NCBI GenBank assembly: GCA_964561955.1
Contig: CAZLQO010000001.1
Span: 1 to 26,642 of the forward strand
Length of the DNA stretch: 26,642 bases
Direction: 5' to 3'
Source of the DNA: Candidatus Woesearchaeota archaeon
Lineage (GTDB): Archaea > Nanobdellota > Nanobdellia > Pacearchaeales > GW2011-AR1
Numbering within the stretch: position 1 is the first letter of the stretch; each line of letters opens with the position of its first letter. The notes under the pieces were generated by a model that was not told the DNA's origin, made no database searches, and saw nothing but the letters and a program-made list of their open reading frames with translations. Position numbers and translations under genes: made by a program. Positions 23,428 to 26,642 of this stretch are shown piece by piece.

Positions 23428-23905
23428 GGACAAGAATGCGTTGAGTAATATGGTGGGGTATGTTTTGTTGATTTCGATTACGATAGGGTTGTCTATTTTG
23501 GTTTATAATTGGCTGAGTTTTTATGTTGGCGAAGGGGGTGTTGAGGAATGTTCGGATGGAGTTAACGTTATTGTTAGTGGCTATGAATGTTATTCGACGA
23601 ATGAGATTGGGACGGGGAGACTGAAGGTTGTTTTGAAAAATAAGGGAATGTTTACGGTTGATGGATATATATTGAGGGTTCATGATAGGCCTGGAGTTGA
23701 TTTTGGGTTCTATGTTTTTGATGATAATGGGACTGCGATTGTGCCGGGGGAGGAGTATGAAAAGACATACGAGTTTTCAAATTATAGTTTTGATGGACAT
23801 AATATAACTACGGTGACGTGGGTCGAGGTTCAGCCTTTTGTTTTGGATGGGGGAGAGGTGAGCTGTAAGTCTTATGCGTCGCAAGAAGTTTCTTGTTATG
23901 GATAG
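23402..23905 (+). CDS. Pilin-like protein with class III signal peptide
   Basis: KDKNA-LSNMVGYVLLISITIGLSILVYNWL; EVQP motif near the C-terminus; start uncertain. Confidence 0.75.
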   Translation: MKVSLLLGKDKNALSNMVGYVLLISITIGLSILVYNWLSFYVGEGGVEECSDGVNVIVSGYECYSTNEIGTGRLKVVLKNKGMFTVDGYILRVHDRPGVDFGFYVFDDNGTAIVPGEEYEKTYEFSNYSFDGHNITTVTWVEVQPFVLDGGEVSCKSYASQEVSCYG

Positions 23906-23917
23906 TTATGAGGTATA

Positions 23918-23925
23918 TTTATAAA
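23918..23925 (+). promoter_or_regulatory. TATA box
   Basis: TTTATAAA 20 nt before ATG 23946. Confidence 0.6.
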
Positions 23926-23945
23926 TTGCGGAGGTATTTAGTTTT

Positions 23946-24398
23946 ATGAAAAAAGGGGTTGATAGTCGTGGGCTTTCGCCGGTGGTTGCGAGTGTGTTGA
24001 TGATATTGTTGGTTTTGGTTTTGTCGGCTTTGATTTTTTTGTGGGCGCGTGGTTTTATTAGTGAGCAGGTTGAAAAATTTGGAAAGCCGATTGAGCAGTT
24101 GTGTGGGTCTGTTAATTTTGAAGCGCATAAAGTTGATGGAGGTTTGGAGGTGATTAATAGGGGGGATATAGATATTCGTTATTTGGATATAAAGATGTTT
24201 AAGGGTGGTGACTCGGAGATTGAAAAATTTGATTTTCAGATTGATGCTGGGGAGTCTGTTCATAAGAATGTTGTTTTGACAATGAGTGGTAATGTTTTGC
24301 CGGATGAGATAATTGTTTATCCTGCTTTGATTGGTAGCGTGAAGGGTGGTAGTTCTAATAAGGCGTTTACTTGTATGGAGGCTGGGAGGACTTTGTAA
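23946..24398 (+). CDS. Archaeal type IV pilin
   Basis: SRG-LSPVVASVLMILLVLVLSALIFLW class III signal peptide. Confidence 0.88.
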   Translation: MKKGVDSRGLSPVVASVLMILLVLVLSALIFLWARGFISEQVEKFGKPIEQLCGSVNFEAHKVDGGLEVINRGDIDIRYLDIKMFKGGDSEIEKFDFQIDAGESVHKNVVLTMSGNVLPDEIIVYPALIGSVKGGSSNKAFTCMEAGRTL

Positions 24399-24470
24399 TG
24401 ATTATGAAAGTAACTTTAGAAAAGTTCCAATCTCAAAATATTCAAAGAAATTTTGTGAAAGGAGGTTGGT

Positions 24471-24971
24471 ATGTATAAAAATAAAAAGGGGATTAGTCCG
24501 GTTGTGGCGACGGTGTTGATAATTTTGATAACGGTTGCTGCGGTTACGGTTATTTGGGCAGCTATAATTCCTATGGTTAGAGAAAGGCTCGGGTCTAGTA
24601 TGACTTGTTCTGATGCGATGACTCAAATTCGATTGTTGAATGAGGGATATACTTGTAAGGCGAGTGATGGGCGTAATGTGTCTATCCAAATTAAACGTTT
24701 GTCGAAGCCTTTTAATTTGGCGGATATTCAGGTTTTGGTTTCTGCTGGTGGGGATACGACTATGTTCAAGATTAAGAATGATACAACTACGATTATTCCG
24801 ATTGGCGCCGATGTTCCTTTGCCGGGGGCCAATGAGGAAAAGGTTTATATCATAAATACTAGTTCGGTTGCTGGGGCGATTAGCATGGTTCAGATTGCGC
24901 CTATTGTTGGCGTCGGTAGTTCTGAGGAAATTTGTGATGTTTCTGCTACTTGGGCTTTGCAGGATTGTTAA
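24471..24971 (+). CDS. Archaeal type IV pilin
   Basis: KKG-ISPVVATVLIILITVAAVTVIW class III signal peptide. Confidence 0.9.
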   Translation: MYKNKKGISPVVATVLIILITVAAVTVIWAAIIPMVRERLGSSMTCSDAMTQIRLLNEGYTCKASDGRNVSIQIKRLSKPFNLADIQVLVSAGGDTTMFKIKNDTTTIIPIGADVPLPGANEEKVYIINTSSVAGAISMVQIAPIVGVGSSEEICDVSATWALQDC

Positions 24972-25011
24972 ATTTGCAACTTTGTGGAATATCTGATTTG
25001 GTTGAGGTAGT

Positions 25012-25019
25012 TTTATAAA
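25012..25019 (+). promoter_or_regulatory. TATA box
   Basis: TTTATAAA 21 nt before ATG 25041. Confidence 0.6.
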
Positions 25020-25040
25020 GTTGTGAGTTGTTTTTTTAAT

Positions 25041-25565
25041 ATGAGGCGATTGAATAATCTTGGGCAGGTTTGGGTTGAGACGGTGATTTATACTTTGATA
25101 GGTTTGGCTATTATCGGTTTGGTTTTGGCTGCTTCTTTGCCTAAGATAAACGAGAAGAAGGACGAGATTATGATTGAGCAATCGATTGAGGCGTTGGGGA
25201 ATATTGATAATAAAATTTATGAGGTTCAGAGGGCGCCTGGGAATCGGAGGGTTGTTGACCTGGAAGTGAGAAAGGGGGCGTTGGTTATTGATATGGAAGC
25301 GGATACTATTTCTTGGGAACTTGATTCGAGTTTTGAATATAGTGAGTCTGGAGTTTCTGTTCCGTTGGGTAGACTGAATGTTACTACAACTTCTGGTGAG
25401 CCGTGGAAGGTTGAGTTGAAGATGTCTTATGATATGGATTTGAGATTTGAGGGGAGTAGTTTTGGGGTTAAGAGAATTAGTGTTTCTCCTACGCCATATA
25501 AGTTTACTATTGAGAACGTTGGGGAGATGGATGGGAATATTGTTATTGATCTTGGAGAATCTTAA
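25041..25565 (+). CDS. Pilin-like protein with class III signal peptide
   Basis: NNLG-QVWVETVIYTLIGLAIIGLVL; IEQSIEAL helix. Confidence 0.8.
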   Translation: MRRLNNLGQVWVETVIYTLIGLAIIGLVLAASLPKINEKKDEIMIEQSIEALGNIDNKIYEVQRAPGNRRVVDLEVRKGALVIDMEADTISWELDSSFEYSESGVSVPLGRLNVTTTSGEPWKVELKMSYDMDLRFEGSSFGVKRISVSPTPYKFTIENVGEMDGNIVIDLGES

Positions 25566-25596
25566 CATTAATAAAGTAAACTTTCTTTTGTTTCTG

Positions 25597-26642
25597 ATGA
25601 GTGATATTAGTATTAATCTTAATCCGAAGGTGCCGTCGTTGCCGAGGTTTGACGATAAGACAAAAATTGATGTGAGGTATATGGTGATTGCGCCGTATGT
25701 TTCGATTCATATTTATTGGAATGAGAAATTGAGGGATGTTGTTTATGATGTTGAGGAGCCATTGTTGTCTGATAAGGATAAGAATGATTTAGAAAAGATT
25801 GAGCAGGCGATGAGGGAAATGATTAATGTTAATATTGTTGGGGATGATAAATCTTTAGAGGGGTTGTTGGATTATATTGACAAAACAGCGAGGCTGATTA
25901 TTTCTGAGTTTGGTATGAAGATTGAGGAGGGGGTGTATCGGAAGATTTTTTATTATTTGTATAGAGATTTTATTGGGTTGAATGAGATTGAGGCGATGAT
26001 GCAGGATTATTTTATTGAGGATGTTGAGTGTAATGGGATGGGGGAGCCGATTTATATTGTGCATCGGGTTTTTAGAAACATTAGGACGAATGTGAAGTTT
26101 GGGGACATGGGTGAGTTGTCGAATTTTGTTGAGAAGTTGGCGCAGAAGACCGGGCGTTATATTTCGTATGCGTCTCCGATTTTGGATGGGAGTTTGCCTG
26201 ATGGGTCGAGGGTTAATGCCACATATACTCAGGATATTACTTCGAAAGGGCCTACATTTACGATTAGGAAGTTTACGAAGACGCCATGGACTCCGACGCA
26301 GTTGCTTGGTTTTCATACGATGAGTCCGGAGATGTTGGCTTATTTTTGGGTGTTGTTGCAGTATCAGTCGAATATGATGATTATTGGAGGGACTGCTTCG
26401 GGGAAGACAACTTTGCTTAATGCACTTGCTTTTTTTATTCCACAGGATAATAGGGTTGTTTCGATTGAGGATACGCGTGAGTTGAATTTGCCGAGGGAGA
26501 ATTGGTTGCCGTCGGTTGTTCGTGGCGGGATTTCTGAGTCTGGGATTGGAGAGATTGATATGTTTAGTTTGTTGAAGAGTTCTTTTAGGCAGAATCCTGA
26601 TTATGTGATTGTTGGTGAGGTTAGGGGGAAGGAGGCGTCGGT
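25597..26642 (+). CDS. Type II/IV secretion (pilus assembly) ATPase, VirB11/TadA family, 3'-truncated by the window end
   Basis: Open frame to the window end; EDVECNG, LPDGSRVNA, FTIRKF, GGTASGKTT, VSIEDTREL and RQNPDYVIVGEVRG motifs. Confidence 0.93.
   Translation, partial: MSDISINLNPKVPSLPRFDDKTKIDVRYMVIAPYVSIHIYWNEKLRDVVYDVEEPLLSDKDKNDLEKIEQAMREMINVNIVGDDKSLEGLLDYIDKTARLIISEFGMKIEEGVYRKIFYYLYRDFIGLNEIEAMMQDYFIEDVECNGMGEPIYIVHRVFRNIRTNVKFGDMGELSNFVEKLAQKTGRYISYASPILDGSLPDGSRVNATYTQDITSKGPTFTIRKFTKTPWTPTQLLGFHTMSPEMLAYFWVLLQYQSNMMIIGGTASGKTTLLNALAFFIPQDNRVVSIEDTRELNLPRENWLPSVVRGGISESGIGEIDMFSLLKSSFRQNPDYVIVGEVRGKEAS

Noticed and set aside
372-26323. Many long alternative-frame and antisense ORFs in the track (e.g. 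372-848, 4350-4898, 5553-6179, 7444-8088, 11108-11725, 24402-25568)
   Set aside because: They overlap well-supported genes, have skew-driven low-complexity composition and show no motifs. Strand bias depletes stop codons in shadow frames.
22831-26642. Archaellum operon
   Set aside because: The subunits are short and pilin-like and no flaH/flaJ-type genes are visible. A type IV pilus locus fits better.

Overview
Archaeal genomic DNA, most likely from a small-genome DPANN archaeon. Pacearchaeota/Woesearchaeota-like is an inference from gene content and style, not from a search. The window holds housekeeping genes (rnhB, ABCE1/RLI, argS, ileS, dph5, tatD, two TrmB-type regulators), four tRNAs (intron-containing Met-CAT, Leu-TAA, Thr-CGT, Ser-GCT) and an SRP RNA. 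It also holds a PC4-CYTH-acs-korA-korB run and the start of a type IV pilus locus (five class III signal-peptide proteins plus a secretion ATPase cut by the window end). Main discovery candidate: a dispersed family of short 7-nt tandem arrays, with at least 13 loci in 26 kb. Nine of these sit in frame inside genes (ABCE1 x2, argS, ileS, dph5 x2, korA, korB, PC4) and write the same or related 7-residue peptides (e.g. ATSDKRQ) into loops of unrelated proteins. No generating enzyme is visible in the window. Other notable signals: (1) a two-gene island flanked by a 45-bp duplication of a complete bidirectional promoter; (2) an in-frame UGA at a Zn-ligand Cys position in an ORF that overlaps both neighbours via ATGA; (3) a tRNA-Thr with A19:U56 replacing G19:C56; (4) an SRP RNA that appears to lack helix 6; (5) a strong G+T strand bias independent of gene direction. 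No database searches or folding programs were run; family calls rest on motif recognition by eye.
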